Below, one piece after another: positions 37,855 to 50,030 of a stretch of DNA of 64,000 nucleotides (its first letter is position 1; each line of letters starts with the position of its first letter). The notes below the pieces were generated by a model, which ran no database searches, was not told the origin of the DNA, and saw only the letters and a list, made by a program, of their open reading frames with translations. Position numbers and translations under genes: made by a program. The DNA comes from Ginglymostoma cirratum (Eukaryota): positions 31,917,940 to 31,981,939 of the forward strand of contig JAHRHZ010000046.1 in NCBI GenBank assembly GCA_024137785.1, in the 5' to 3' direction.

Positions 37855-38835
37855 ATCACAGAGTCATACAGCACAGAAACAGACCCTTCATTCCAACTCA
37901 TCCATGCCAACCAGATATCCCAAATTAATCTGGTCCCATTTGCTAGCATTTGGCCTATATCCCTCTAAACCCTTCCTATTCATAAACTCTTCCAGATGCC
38001 TTTTAAATGTTGTAATTGTACCAGTCTCAGCCACTTCCTCTGGCAGTTTGTTCCGTACACACATCACCCTCGGTCCTTTTTAAATCCTTCTCCTCTCACC
38101 TGAAACTTATGCCCTCTAGTTTTGCACTCCCACACCCCAGGGAAAATATCTTGGCTTTTCACCCTATCCATGCCCCTCATGATTTTATAAACCTCTATAA
38201 GGTCACCCCTCAGATTCTGACGCTGCAGGGAACAAAGCCTCAGCCTATTCAGCCTCTCTGTATAACTCAAACCCTCCAGTCCCAGCAACATCCTCACAAA
38301 TCTTTTCTGCACCCTCTCAGGTTTAGCAAAATCCTCCCCATAGAAAGGCGATCAGAATTGTACGCAGTATTGTAAAACTGGCCTCACCAATGTCCTGTAC
38401 AGCCACAACATGACATCCCAACTGCTACACTCAATGTTCTGACCAATGAAGGCAAGTGTGCCAAACACCACCTTCACCACCCTGTCTACCTTCGACTCTA
38501 CTTTCAAGGAACAATGCAGCTGCACCCTTAGGTCTCTTTGTTCGGCAACAATACCCTGGGCCCTACCATTCAGAGTATAACTCTGCTTTGGTTTGCCTTA
38601 CTGAAATGCTACATCTCACGTTTATTTAGACCAAACTTCAACTGCCACTCCTCGCCTCAATGGCCCATCTGATCAAGGTCTCTTCGTACTCTGCAATAAT
38701 CTTCTTCACTGTCCACTACACCACCTATTTTGATGTCATCTACAAACTTACTAACTATACGTCCTATATTCATATCCAAACAATTTATATAAATGAGGAA
38801 AAGCAATAGAGCCAGCACCAATCCTTGCAATGGGC
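37855..38835 (-). mobile_element. CR1-type (HER1-like) LINE 3' ~1 kb
   Basis: PLQGLVLALLLFLIYINCLD..SKFVDDIKIGG and QKRFVRML.GLEGLSYTERL..LRGDLIEVYKIMRG, plus the family 3' tail. Confidence 0.9.
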
Positions 38836-38974
38836 ATGACACTGAAAAGGGTGGGAACCACTGACCGATGTAACTAATCTATTTACCTACTACTGGATGA
38901 AACTAGTTACACATCAGACACCAAGGAACTAGTTTAAATAATTTCAAGGTTAAGCGGCTAAAATTAAATGAACA

Positions 38975-39098
38975 CAAAGAAATGTGGATGCTGCAAATCT
39001 GAAACAAAAATAAAGTGCTGGAAAAACAGAGCAGAACTGGCGGTATCTGTGGAGAAAACAGAGTTAACGTTTTAATCCCAGCATCCCTTCTTCAGAAC
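38975..39098 (-). mobile_element. Penelope-derived pLTR fragment with degenerate hammerhead
   Basis: Minus strand gttCTGAAGAaggg...AAAcgTTaactc...ccacagataccgccag. Confidence 0.6.
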
Positions 39099-40059
39099 AA
39101 TTGAATGGATTCAGTTGCACACAAGTCAAAAAACAATAAGATTATTATGTCAAAAGGTATAGTGGTCAGACCCAATCACAGCCACCATGACAAACACATA
39201 TGGATTCAATGATTGCTGCTTCTTGAGCAGAATCCTTCAAATAGCTGCGAACTTTATTTATAATTACAGACACTAATGGAAAACAAAGCAAAACAACATT
39301 AAAGTTGCACGCATCATAAGATACAAGGACCAACTGCCAAGACCTTGAACATCACACAAATGCATTGGAAAACAGCAGCCATATACTTGTTATTTTTCAT
39401 CCATTCTGAATGTGAGGTCTTTTTGTCACATGGCAGGTCAACTTTAAAATGTGTGTTAATAATGTGAGAAGACTGTTTGAGCTTCAATGCAAATATGTGA
39501 ATCTCAGAATGTCTTATCACAGGCAGGGCAAGGTGAATTTCTCATCACTATTTTATTCTTCATTTTACATCATTTTAGCACAAAGCCACATCACATTTCA
39601 TTACTGTCACTGTGCAGTAGCTATTTCTACGGAACAATTCAATTCAATGGCAGAAAATAATAAGACAAATTGAATTCTATGATTTTTTAAATACAAATTT
39701 AGGAGCCTTTAGCTTAAATTAAACTGTTAGATTGATCAATTAATGTATTTACATTTAAATTATCTAATTTTCTATCTAATTTATTCATATTTATCCAATT
39801 TTTATGAAGCTATATTACAATTTCTCATTTTCAATTATTTCTTAATTATTAATTCACTTCTAATTTAGAATAAAGATACAGCATTTTGGAATATTTAAAT
39901 CAAAAAAGTTAAAATTGGAAGCTTTCCATGCTTAATCAATCCAGCTTAATTTATGCAGGCACTTCAGCATGGATGGGTATCAGTTTGTTTGTTTACCTGT
40001 GATATTCTGAGGATCCAGGCATGCGCTAGTCCTTTCATTTAAATGCTTCCCTTCAGAGG

Positions 40060-41250
40060 CATCGTCCAAAAACACAGTGTCAGCTTCTGCAAACTCACTG
40101 ATGACATGCAGCTTTACCTCATCATCTCCTCTCTCAACTCACCTACTGTCTCTATCTGTCAGACTGATTTTTCATCTAGTACTGAAAATGGGACAAAGGT
40201 TTTCTTCAATTAAATACTGGAAAGACTGAAGCCATTTTCTTTGGTATCCTCCTCAAACACTATTCGTTCACCACCGTGTCTACTCCTGTCATAAATAACT
40301 GTCTGGAACTGAAGGAGATGGTTTGCTACTTTGGTATTGTACTTGACCATGAGGTGAGCCTTCAATCACATAGCCAATTTGTACAGAAATGAGAAGAAAT
40401 TACTCAAACGGTTGAGATTCTTTGCAACTCTTGGGTTACAAATGCTCCATCATTGATTACTTTTCATGCAGTGACAGAGGGACTTCTGATCTCTGAAAGA
40501 ATGATGGGAATGGAGAGTGGACAGGGAAATGGAGCTGTAGCTATGATTGTGCTGAATGGTAGAGAGGCTAAATGATCCACTCCAGCTCCTATTTTTTATG
40601 TTCTTAAGTGGCTGCACTTTGACTTAGATTTCCTGTTTGCACCCCTGTGACATCACCTGACTCTATTCTTCCTCAGATCTTGTCCTGCTGTTCGGCTCAA
40701 CCATGAGAATGTTACCTCGAACATACTGCTGGTTGGTTTCTCAAATTCTACCCTAGTTTAACTTGAGGACATCCAAGACTCTGCTGCTCATGTGCCAAAC
40801 TGCATTACATTCCATGCTCACTGACCTAGAGTAGTCTCTCAATTAAACACCATCTTGATTTTAAAATACTCATCTCTCATTTAAAACCTTTCACGTCCTC
40901 ATTGCTTTCAATCTCTGGAATCTCCTATGGCTCTACAGCCCTCTGAGATTATCTTGGAGAAGCTTCTCCAATTCCAGTCTCCCGAGCAGCCCTATTTGAA
41001 TCACTGTACTGCTGGTGGTCATGACTTCAGCTGCCTGGACCTTCAACTCTGGATTCACTCTCTGAACTTCCTCCGCTCTTTCGTTACTTTCCTCCTTTAA
41101 GTTACTTCTTAAAAACTCTTTTCAATAAAAGTTTTGATCATCTGTCTGAATGTCACAACTGGCTCAGTATCATATTTTGACTTACAATGTCTCTGTAAAA
41201 CACCTGGTACATTACAGTATATTAAAGTTGATATTCAAATACAAATTCTT
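40060..41250 (+). mobile_element. L2-clade LINE 3' portion with nested CR1 3' end (~40383-40606)
   Basis: LTDDMQLYL (YADDTQLY-like) and FLQLNTGKTEAIFFG motifs, followed by an L2-like tail. Confidence 0.7.
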
Positions 41251-41696
41251 GTTAGACATTCACAATGATATGATTATTAAATTATGTCCATTTGCTATGT
41301 ATGGAAAAGTTTGATTGGTATCTATCAATCAACAATTGTTTATAAAGAAGACAAATCTAGTTTTTAATCTTCTAAGAAACAAAGACAAGATATTAAAAAA
41401 GCAATTCTTAACAGCCACAACACTTTCCAGTGTTACGATGACAGCTGATGGCAATGCTGAACAAGTCAGATCCCAGAATGAAATCTGGGTTTATAGATCG
41501 TATGTTTTATTTTTGTACTTGGTTACCATGGAGGTTAGTCACAGAAGACTATCAACATGCTTTAACAGAAAGATACAAGTTTATACACAGGAAAATAATA
41601 AAACTCTATGTAGAAGATAGCTTCGAAAGATCTCAACATAAACAGTAAAATAAAATTTCCAATCTGTTTCCCAACAATATTCTTTACAGACACTCA

Positions 41697-41991
41697 ATCC
41701 ATAGAATCCCTACAGCGTGGAAGCAGGCCATTCAGCCTATCGAGTCCACACCGGCCCTTCGAAGAGCATCCAACCCACCCAATCCCTGTAATCCTGCATT
41801 TCTCATGGCCAATCCACCTAGCTTGCACATCTTTGGACTGTGAGAGGAAACAGGAGCACCCAGCAAAAATCCAAGCAGACACGGGGAGAACGTGCAAACT
41901 CCTCACAGGCAGTGACCCAGGGCTGGGGTTGAACTAGGGTCCCTGCCATTGTGAAGCAGCAGTGCTTAACCACTGTACCACCATGCTGCCC
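41697..41991 (-). mobile_element. Full-length HE1-type tRNA-derived SINE
   Basis: Minus strand gggcagcatggtggtacagtggttaagcact (A box), gttcaacccc (B box), gagtttgcacgttctccccgtgtctgc core and a LINE-derived tail ending gggattctatg. Confidence 0.85.
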
Positions 41992-42049
41992 TTTGAGTGG
42001 CACTTTTAATTCTTTCACTTCTTACTTAACTGACCTTTCTTTTTCCCCA

Positions 42050-42374
42050 GATTAGATGGCCTAGAGAAATTTTTTCCAGTTCTTGTTTTCTGTGTGTGTG
42101 CTTGTGAGAGTAGGGGCATTTAGAAAGGGTTAAAATTTCAACTATTAGAGTTGTAGATTGACAGTTCATAGTTGTTTATTTGTGGTTAGAATCTATTTAT
42201 TTGTAATAGTTCTTGTTGATTACAGAAAGCTGGTCCATGTTTCTATAAACTTGAATCATTCTGACAGGTAATTTGGGGATTTTGGACACATTGATAAAAA
42301 TGTTTTAACTTTTGTGATGACTCCAGGAATAGCAGAACTTGATTTCCAGTATGCCACCCCTGTCAAGTAGAACA
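42050..42374 (+). mobile_element. LTR 3' fragment
   Basis: U5-like end ...gactccaggaatagcagaacttgatttccagt...gtagaaca. Confidence 0.4.
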
Positions 42375-42899
42375 TTCTCAAGATAAGTCCTGTGGCTGGT
42401 CTCTAGCCCAGATGACACATTTAGTCTTGAACACCTTCTTTGGGAAGGATTCCTCCTTCTTCCATTCTTGCACTAAGTTTTTCAAGGAACACCAAATCCC
42501 TTCATTGCAGCAGTGTTAATTGTCAAATATTACAACTTTCAGATTGAAATCGACTTCAAAGTTCATTTTTTTTTTGCTTGAGGACTCATTTCTATTTGTC
42601 ATGCACCATCAAGTCTATCTTGCATGGATAGGTCTGACAACAGAGCCCATATCACTTGCATAAACCCATTTACCAACTTGGAAGGAGAATAAAAGGTGCA
42701 TTTTCAATGGTGAAAAATTGAGGCCAACTCCCAATGCGATACAGCATTCCTTTTTGGCAGAGGGAGGTTGTCGTTTCAGAAAGACTGTAAGTCTGAACCA
42801 GAATTTTGTTGCATTCTTTCATACTTGTTGATTTATATCCAACTTAAGGCATTCAGAATGCAGAAAACACAGCAGCAAAGTTGTGCAAAGCAGAACCAA

Positions 42900-43200
42900 C
42901 AATGGGGTAAAGATAAGATGATTTATTTTAGTGATGTTGACCAAGGCTTAACTATTAGCCAAGACAATAGAGAGAACTCAAAAACTACTACCTTTTGAAT
43001 AATGCAATGGAATCTCTTACCCACAGTTCAGCACAAAGAAAGCACTGCGATTTAACATTTCATCTGAAAGATTGTACCTCTGATAGTACTGCTGTTCCTT
43101 AGCAAATTGTCTCCTTGAATTTGTGCTCAAGTCTCTGAAGTGGAGCTTGAACAAACAACTTTTTGATGGAGCAACAGGAATGGTACCAGTGAACCACAGC
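42900..43200 (-). mobile_element. Deu-domain SINE fragment
   Basis: tttaacatttcatctgaaag...ttgtgctcaagtctctgaagtggagcttgaac is the reverse complement of the 13960 family. Confidence 0.6.
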
Positions 43201-43432
43201 TGACACCTGGACTAATTGCAGTAAAAGTAGCAGCAAAATACTGATTGGAGTCCTGAAGGACATATCTCGATTGCAAGTTGAAATGCTACTTCCCACTGAG
43301 AGAAAACTAAATTAATTTCAGTGTGCTGAATTACTCTGTTAATTTGGGAATGAAGTGCTGTTTCTGACCATCACAAAGAATTGAAGAGAATTCAAAGTGA
43401 CAATATAATCTATACATGCATATCAATAAGTT

Positions 43433-46347
43433 ATTGCCTGTTCTCTATGGAGTTCTACCACAACTTGCTCCAAAAAAATCTCGTAGACATCCCATGAATT
43501 CCTTTTCTTGGGATCGGCTACCAACCTGATTTAAGACTGAGGGTGTTGCACGTAAATGCACACAGTATAAGAAACAAGGTAAATGTGCCAATCTTGTGGC
43601 CAAGATTGAAAGTGGCAGGAACAATGTTGTGGGTATCACAGAGATGTGGCTGCAAGGGGATCAAGGCTGGGAACTAAATATCCAAGGATACACATCCAAT
43701 CGAAAAGACAGACAGATGGGCAGAAGGGCAGTGTTGCCTTGTTAGTAAGGAATTTAATTAAATTTACAGCAAGAAGAACTGTAGAGTTGGAAGGCGTAAA
43801 ATCCATGTGGGTAGAGTTGAGGAACTACAACGTCAAAAAGACATTGATAGTAGTTATGTACAGTCCTCCTAACAGTATTCAGGACGTGAGGCACAAAATA
43901 AATCAGGAGACAGAAAATGCATATAAAAAAGACACCATGACAACAATCATGGGAAACTTTGATATGCAGGTGGACTGTGAAAATCAGGTTGGTAGCAGAT
44001 CCCAAGAAAAGGAGTTCATAGGATGTCTACGAGATGTTTTTGGAGCAGATTGTGGTAGAACTCAAGAGAGAACAGGCAATTCAGGGTTTGTTGATGTGTA
44101 ATGAGGCAGACTCAATTAGGGAGCTGAAAGTGAAGGAACCCCGACGGGGCTGTGACCATAATATGATAGAATTCATCCTGCAGTTTGAGAGGGAGAAGCT
44201 GGATTCAGATGTAACAGTATTACAACTGAGTAAAGGTAACTACAAAGACACGTGGGAGGAGCTGGTCAGAGTTGACGGGAAGGGGAGCTTAGTCGGGAAG
44301 ACAGTTCGGCAGTAAAAGCAAGAGTTTCTGGGGCTAATTTGGGAGGAACAGCAGAAATTCATCCAAAGGAAGAAGCAGCACTTTGAGGGGAAGATGAAGC
44401 AACCATGGCTAACCAGAGAAGTCAGACAGCATAAAAGCAAAAGAAAAAGCATACATTGTGGTGAAGATTAGTGGGAAGCTAAAGGATTGAGAAGGCTTGA
44501 AAAACCAGCAGAGGATAACTTAAAAAATCAGGGAGTGGAAGAAGATAAAATATTGAGAGCTAGCTAGCTCGTAATATTAAATAACATTGCAAGAGTTTTT
44601 TTAAGATATCTAAAGGTAAGAGAGAGGCAAGAGTGGACATTGGACTGTTGGAAAATGAGGCTGGAGAAGTCATAATAGGGAACACAGAAATGGCAGTGGA
44701 ACTGAATCAATACTTTGCAGTGGGAGACACTGCAGCATACCAGAACTTCAAGAGAATCAGGGGTCAGTGGTGAACGCATCATTACGGAGGTGCCAGGGAA
44801 GCTGAAAAGGGGTCTCTGAAGGTGAATCAATCACCCAAATCAGATGGCTACATCCCAGGGTTTGAAGGAGGTAGCTGAGGAGATTGTAAAGGCATTGCTT
44901 GTGATCTTTCAGGAATCACTGGAATCAGAGTGGGTCCCAGAGGTTTGGAAAATAGCTAATGTAACACCCCTGTTTAAGAAAGGACAGGGGCAGAAGTCAG
45001 TAAATAATAAGCCCGTTAGCCTGACCTCGTTCATTGGTAAGATTTTACAGCCCAATATTAACAATGAGAACTGAGGGTGTTTGGAAGTGCATGGTAGAGT
45101 AGGGTGGCAGTAGGGTGGCATCAGCATGGCATCATCAAGGGGATGCCATACCTGACAAATCTGTTCGAGTTCTTTCAGAAGGTAACAACAAAGTTAGATA
45201 AAGGAGAAACGGTAGAGTGATCTATTTGGATTTCCAGATAACCTTTGATAAGCTGTCACACAGGAGGCTGCTGAGTAAGACAAGGGTACATGGTGTTAGG
45301 GGCAAGGTACTGGCATGAAGAGAGGATTGGCTGACTGGCAGAAGGCAGACAGCAGCTTTAAAAAGGTCTTTTTCAGGTTGGCTGCTAGTGACTAGTGGAG
45401 TTTGGCAGGGGTCAGTGTTGGGACTACAACTAGTCACGTTATATACGATGAAGGAATTGAGGTATTATTGCTAAATTTGTAGATGACATAAAGATAGGCG
45501 GAGGGACAGGTAGTGTTGAGGAAGCAGGGAAGCTGCAGAAGGACATGGACAGGCTAAGGGAGTGGGCAAAGAAGTGGCAGATAGAATACAATGTAGGAAA
45601 GTTTGAGGTTATGCACCTTGGTAGGAAGAATAGAATGGTAGACTGTTTTAGAATGGGGAAAGGATTTGGAAAACTGAAGCAGAAAGGGACTTCAGCGTCC
45701 CAGTTCAGGATTCTCTTACGATTAACTTGCAGGTTCGGATGGCAGTTAGGAAGGCAAATGCAATGCTAGCATTCATTTTGAAAGAATTAGAATACGAGAG
45801 CAGAGATATACTGTTGAGGCTGTATAAGGCTCTGGTCAGACTGCATTTTGAACATTGTGAGCAGCTTTGAGCCTTGAATCTAAGGAAGGATACGCTGGCT
45901 TTGGACAGTGTCCAGAGAAGGTTTACAAGAATGATGCTCGGAATGAAGGGCTTGTCATTTGAAGACTCTGGGTCTGTACTTGCTTGAGTTCAGAAGGATG
46001 AGGGGGATCTCATTTAAACCGACTGAACATTGGGAGGTGGACATGGAGATGACTAAGACCCAAGGACACAGCCTCTGAGAGAAGGGATGACCCTTTAGAA
46101 CTGAGAGGAGGAGAAATTACTTCAGCCAGAGACTGGTAAATTTGTGGAATGCACTGCTGCAGAAGGTTGTGGAGGCCAAGTCATTGAATATCTAAGGCAG
46201 AGATAGATAGGTTCTTGGTTAGTAAGGGGATCAAGGATTATGGGGAGAAGTCAAGGAAATGGGTTGAGAAATATGTCAGCCACGATTTAATGGAGGAGCT
46301 GACTCCATGGGCCAAATGGCCTCATTATGCTCCTGTGGTCTATGGGT
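43433..46347 (+). mobile_element. CR1-type LINE with near-complete decayed ORF2 (APE endonuclease + RT) and an inverted 5' segment
   Basis: VVGITEMWL, GSVALLV, MYSPPN, IMGNFD, GCDHNMI (endonuclease); WKIANVTPLFKKG, KPVSLTS, YLDFQ.TFD, KFVDDIKIG (RT). Probable TSD atctatacatgcat/atctatacatacat at 43408-43421 and 46348-46361. Confidence 0.92.
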
Positions 46348-46566
46348 ATCTATACATACATTACCCTTGAAGTTGCTTGCTGCTTACCTTCAAGCAAGTC
46401 TCCTCAGCTTATGTGCTGTAAAATTGTTATTTACAATGGTATATAGCTAATAAAGTACAGCTCTCTAGTGTCAGCTTGTTTCTATCTCTTTACAAGTTCA
46501 TTCTAAACTCCTATCTTAGTAATGTCAGTCACGTAATCACAGTTATATTCTGATTTGCATTTTTTA

Positions 46567-47320
46567 AATTCATTCATGGGATGTGACTTCACTATCTGGG
46601 CCATCATTTATTGCCCATTCTTAAATGCCCTTAACAAGCTGTCTCCTTGAACCATTGCAGTATATTTGGTGTTGGTCAACCCAATGCTGTTGAGGAGGAA
46701 ATTCGAGGATTTTAACCCTGAAACACTGATATAGAATGGCAATGTATTTCTAAGTCAGGATGGGGAGTGGTGCAGGTGGTGCTGTTCCCGTGTATCCGCT
46801 GCAACTGTCCTTATAAATGGTAGTGGTTATGGGATTGGAAAGAGCTGCCTGAGGAGCTTTCAGGATGTGCAGTACGCCTTGCAGATAGTACACACTGCTG
46901 CTAGTGAACATTAATGAGTAAGGGAGTGAATGTTTGTGGATGCTTTGATCTGGATGGTATTAGGCTTCTCCTTGAGTGTTGTACGAGCTAGACATCCAGA
47001 TGAGTGTGGAATTCATCACACTCCATACTCGAACATTGTCGATGGACAAGAGGTTTTGGGGAGGCAGGAGGTGAATAATTTACTGCTGGATTCCCCACCT
47101 CTGCCTTGCTCTATAGCCACTATATTTGTATATGCAATTCAGTTCTGTTTCTGGTCAATAGTAATCCCAGAATATTGAAAGTAGTGGTTTCAGCAATGAC
47201 CATGCCAGTGAATGTCAAGGGGCAATAGTAAGATTCTGTATTGTTGGAGGTAGTCATTCCCTGGCACTTGTGTGGTGCAAATGTTGCTTGTCAGCCTGAG
47301 CGCAGATACTGTCCAGGTCT
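46567..47320 (-). mobile_element. LINE 3' portion (family of 20700-21510)
   Basis: ttcatgggatgtgac...ttgcccattcttaaatgccct...cctggcacttgtgtggtgcaaatgtt. Confidence 0.75.
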
Positions 47321-50030
47321 TGAAGAGGAGGATAATGAATCTCATTGTATTACATCACTCCAAATTTCTCTCCACTTAGTAAATAGTTTTTGTAACCTTA
47401 AATGCCCTTATTACCCATTATCACCCTTTCTCTGCTCCCCTTCAAAGGCTGATTCTCACAGGTCAAGATGATCTAGACACTGACTGGACATCTTGCTGAA
47501 GCTCAACACGAAGGTAATGGTGGTGTAATTTGTTTGTAGCACTCTGTACATCTTCCGTAGTTGTATAGATAGGACTGCCCAATGTCCTATAATAATTAGA
47601 TTCAGTGTCACTTCTTGCCTGAAGTGAGATCAATGCCTTCCTGTTTCCCCAAATGCCCTTTCAGTTGCTCTGACAGTACAATATCTTGTAATATCTATCG
47701 ACAAATAGTTCAACCTATTATTAGTGACAATGGCTTTTGAATTATTGTCCTTTAGCCAGGCTTTCAGCCATGGCTTTAAGGTCGACAGATTTTTTAACCC
47801 TGTTTTTTGAATTGAACCACATCTGCTCCTTTCTGCTCTTTTCTCCAGTTGTTTTACCTAACTGGGGGAGGAGGGGTGTGTTTTGATAGGCTATGTTTGG
47901 CCTGAGTTGTGTTCTGAGGCTGGCTCACTGGAGGTGACAGATCTAGTGAGAGAAACAGCACTGACAGTGGACCCAGCCAGTCAAAACAGTGGGGAAAGGG
48001 AATTCTGCAGAGCCCAGAGATCAAAACAGGATATCAGGAATTAAAAGTGAGTCCCTGCAGTAGAAGGAGACGACAGGCCTTTTATGAAGCAATCACCCTG
48101 TTGTGGCAGCAATGAGTCTTTGCTGATTCACAGGGCTCATTGATATGGAGCCCCATTTTAAATCAACAATTGACTAATTCAGTCCATGATCTCCCAGAGC
48201 CTGCGCCAAAAATGACCGAAGCACTGCTGCAGGAAAGTAAATGTTGATGGACTCCAGAACACTACAAAGAAAGTCTGACTGAGTCAACACCTCATAGACA
48301 ACCTGACAAATGCTCAACAGACAGGAACCACAGAACCCAATGCGCTCTTAAATCAATCATAGGCAGCACCTGTGAGGAGACTCTAGATTTCCCAACCAGG
48401 AAACATCAGATCGGTTTGATAAGGATGAGCAGGAGACCCAGGAGCTACAAAATGAGAAACAGACATTTCTGAAATAGAAGTACCAGCAAAACGCAAGGAA
48501 AAGAAAGCAGGTCTGCAGACAAAAGAAGGCCAATTTCCACCAAAAAAAAAATCAATAACCTAAGGAAGAGATGGAATAGGATGGAAAGAACACAGGAAAT
48601 CCAGCAACTCACTGTCATTGTGTTATGTCTGCATTCTTCACAGGAGTCAAACCATCTATAGTCCAAACATGCAATACCATATCTCGCTGAGATCTAAGAA
48701 CAGAGCACCTATCCTTTCAATATTCCTCTGTGACACAACGTGCTGACAATCTTTCCTGTTCCAGGAGTTCTATAAATGAGAATTTTTTTTTATTACTGAA
48801 CTTTATCAAACAGGGTGGGCACTTCATTTTTGTTGACATTTAAACTCTACCTGTATTTTTTATGTTTATAGAAAAATCATTAGTGTGTGAATAATTCATA
48901 ATCAGAAAAACAGCTGAGAGTTTGCAGTATTCAACAGAACTTTTCTGAGCCAGTTACTTCCTCCTTTTTCTCTTTTAATTACGCAGCACAAAAATATACC
49001 AAACTTCAATGGGCAGATGTCTGGGTCTCTTGTCTCCTGTGATGAAAAACTATTCATTTTGTTCAGTGCACCACTGACCACCTCAAACCCTGTTGTTGAA
49101 ACAATTTCATTACTTTATTATAGATTTTTTTGTTGTTATTCAACCAAGTTTGCAGGTACATTGGGGTGGATCAATACTTTTCAGTCTGTGATTTTCTTAC
49201 AAATTTGAAGACCTTTTCCCCTTCTCCTTTAGAAGTTATTTGCTTTGACACTTCAGTGGCATCAATACCAGAGCGCAGTGCATCACTGTATCTTGCAGTT
49301 TACCATTTGTGGTTAGCTTTCCAAATTTCTGTTGATAGGGTCAGCAGGACTCTAACTGGGAGACAATTCCCATTACATTCTTTCCAGAAATGCATCTCTC
49401 TGTGAATTCAGCAATGTAGCTAACAAGGGGATTAGTTATTGCTGCGTGGGATTTTGACATTGACCAGTGTAATTCGAGTATGTCTCTCAAGTTGTGAAAA
49501 AAAGGATGTGGTCATTGCCTTGCATGTCAATAGATGTCATTTTAGTGTCTGGTTAGATCTCTGTAACTTGGTTAATCACAGGCTAGAGCTCCATCACAGT
49601 AACCAAGCTGACTCTTGAAAATCAATGACAGCTTTGCTCATACACTTTGCTGTGAGACACATAGCTATGGACTCAAGATCCACTGCAGAACCTGAATGCA
49701 TTAACTAGATTGACGCACTGTTGAATTATTGAGGGAATGCTATTCTTTGGATAATGAATTAAACAGAAGCCCAATACAGACGGTGGTGCACATTCAGACC
49801 TGACGTGGATGTGTGAAGACAGTTTGTCCTTGTCCTTCAAACAATCAAGAAAGTTTTGATCATCCGTCTCTTAAGGGACTTGTTAACAATAGTTAAAATT
49901 GCTGCAATTACAATCTTAACAATTAACACGACACTAGAAATTCTAGATCACATTAAATTGAGAATGGCAGCATGCATTTCGAGTAATTCAAAACAAATTG
50001 TGTGTCTGATAATAAAATGACTGCAACACT

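Larger units (their letters stand above)
37421..38863. mobile_element. hAT-type non-autonomous DNA element with nested insertions
   Basis: TIRs cagtggtttccaacc / ggtgggaaccactg. 8-bp TSD acctacgt (37413-37420) versus accgatgt (38864-38871), 6/8 identical. Confidence 0.7.

Noticed and set aside
41920-41991. tRNA gene
   Set aside because: The A and B boxes belong to a SINE head and continue into the SINE body. No cloverleaf.
4657-49808. Three TGACGTGG (UPRE-like) octamers at 4657, 33865 and 49801
   Set aside because: The count is near chance expectation for 64 kb and no promoter context is evident.
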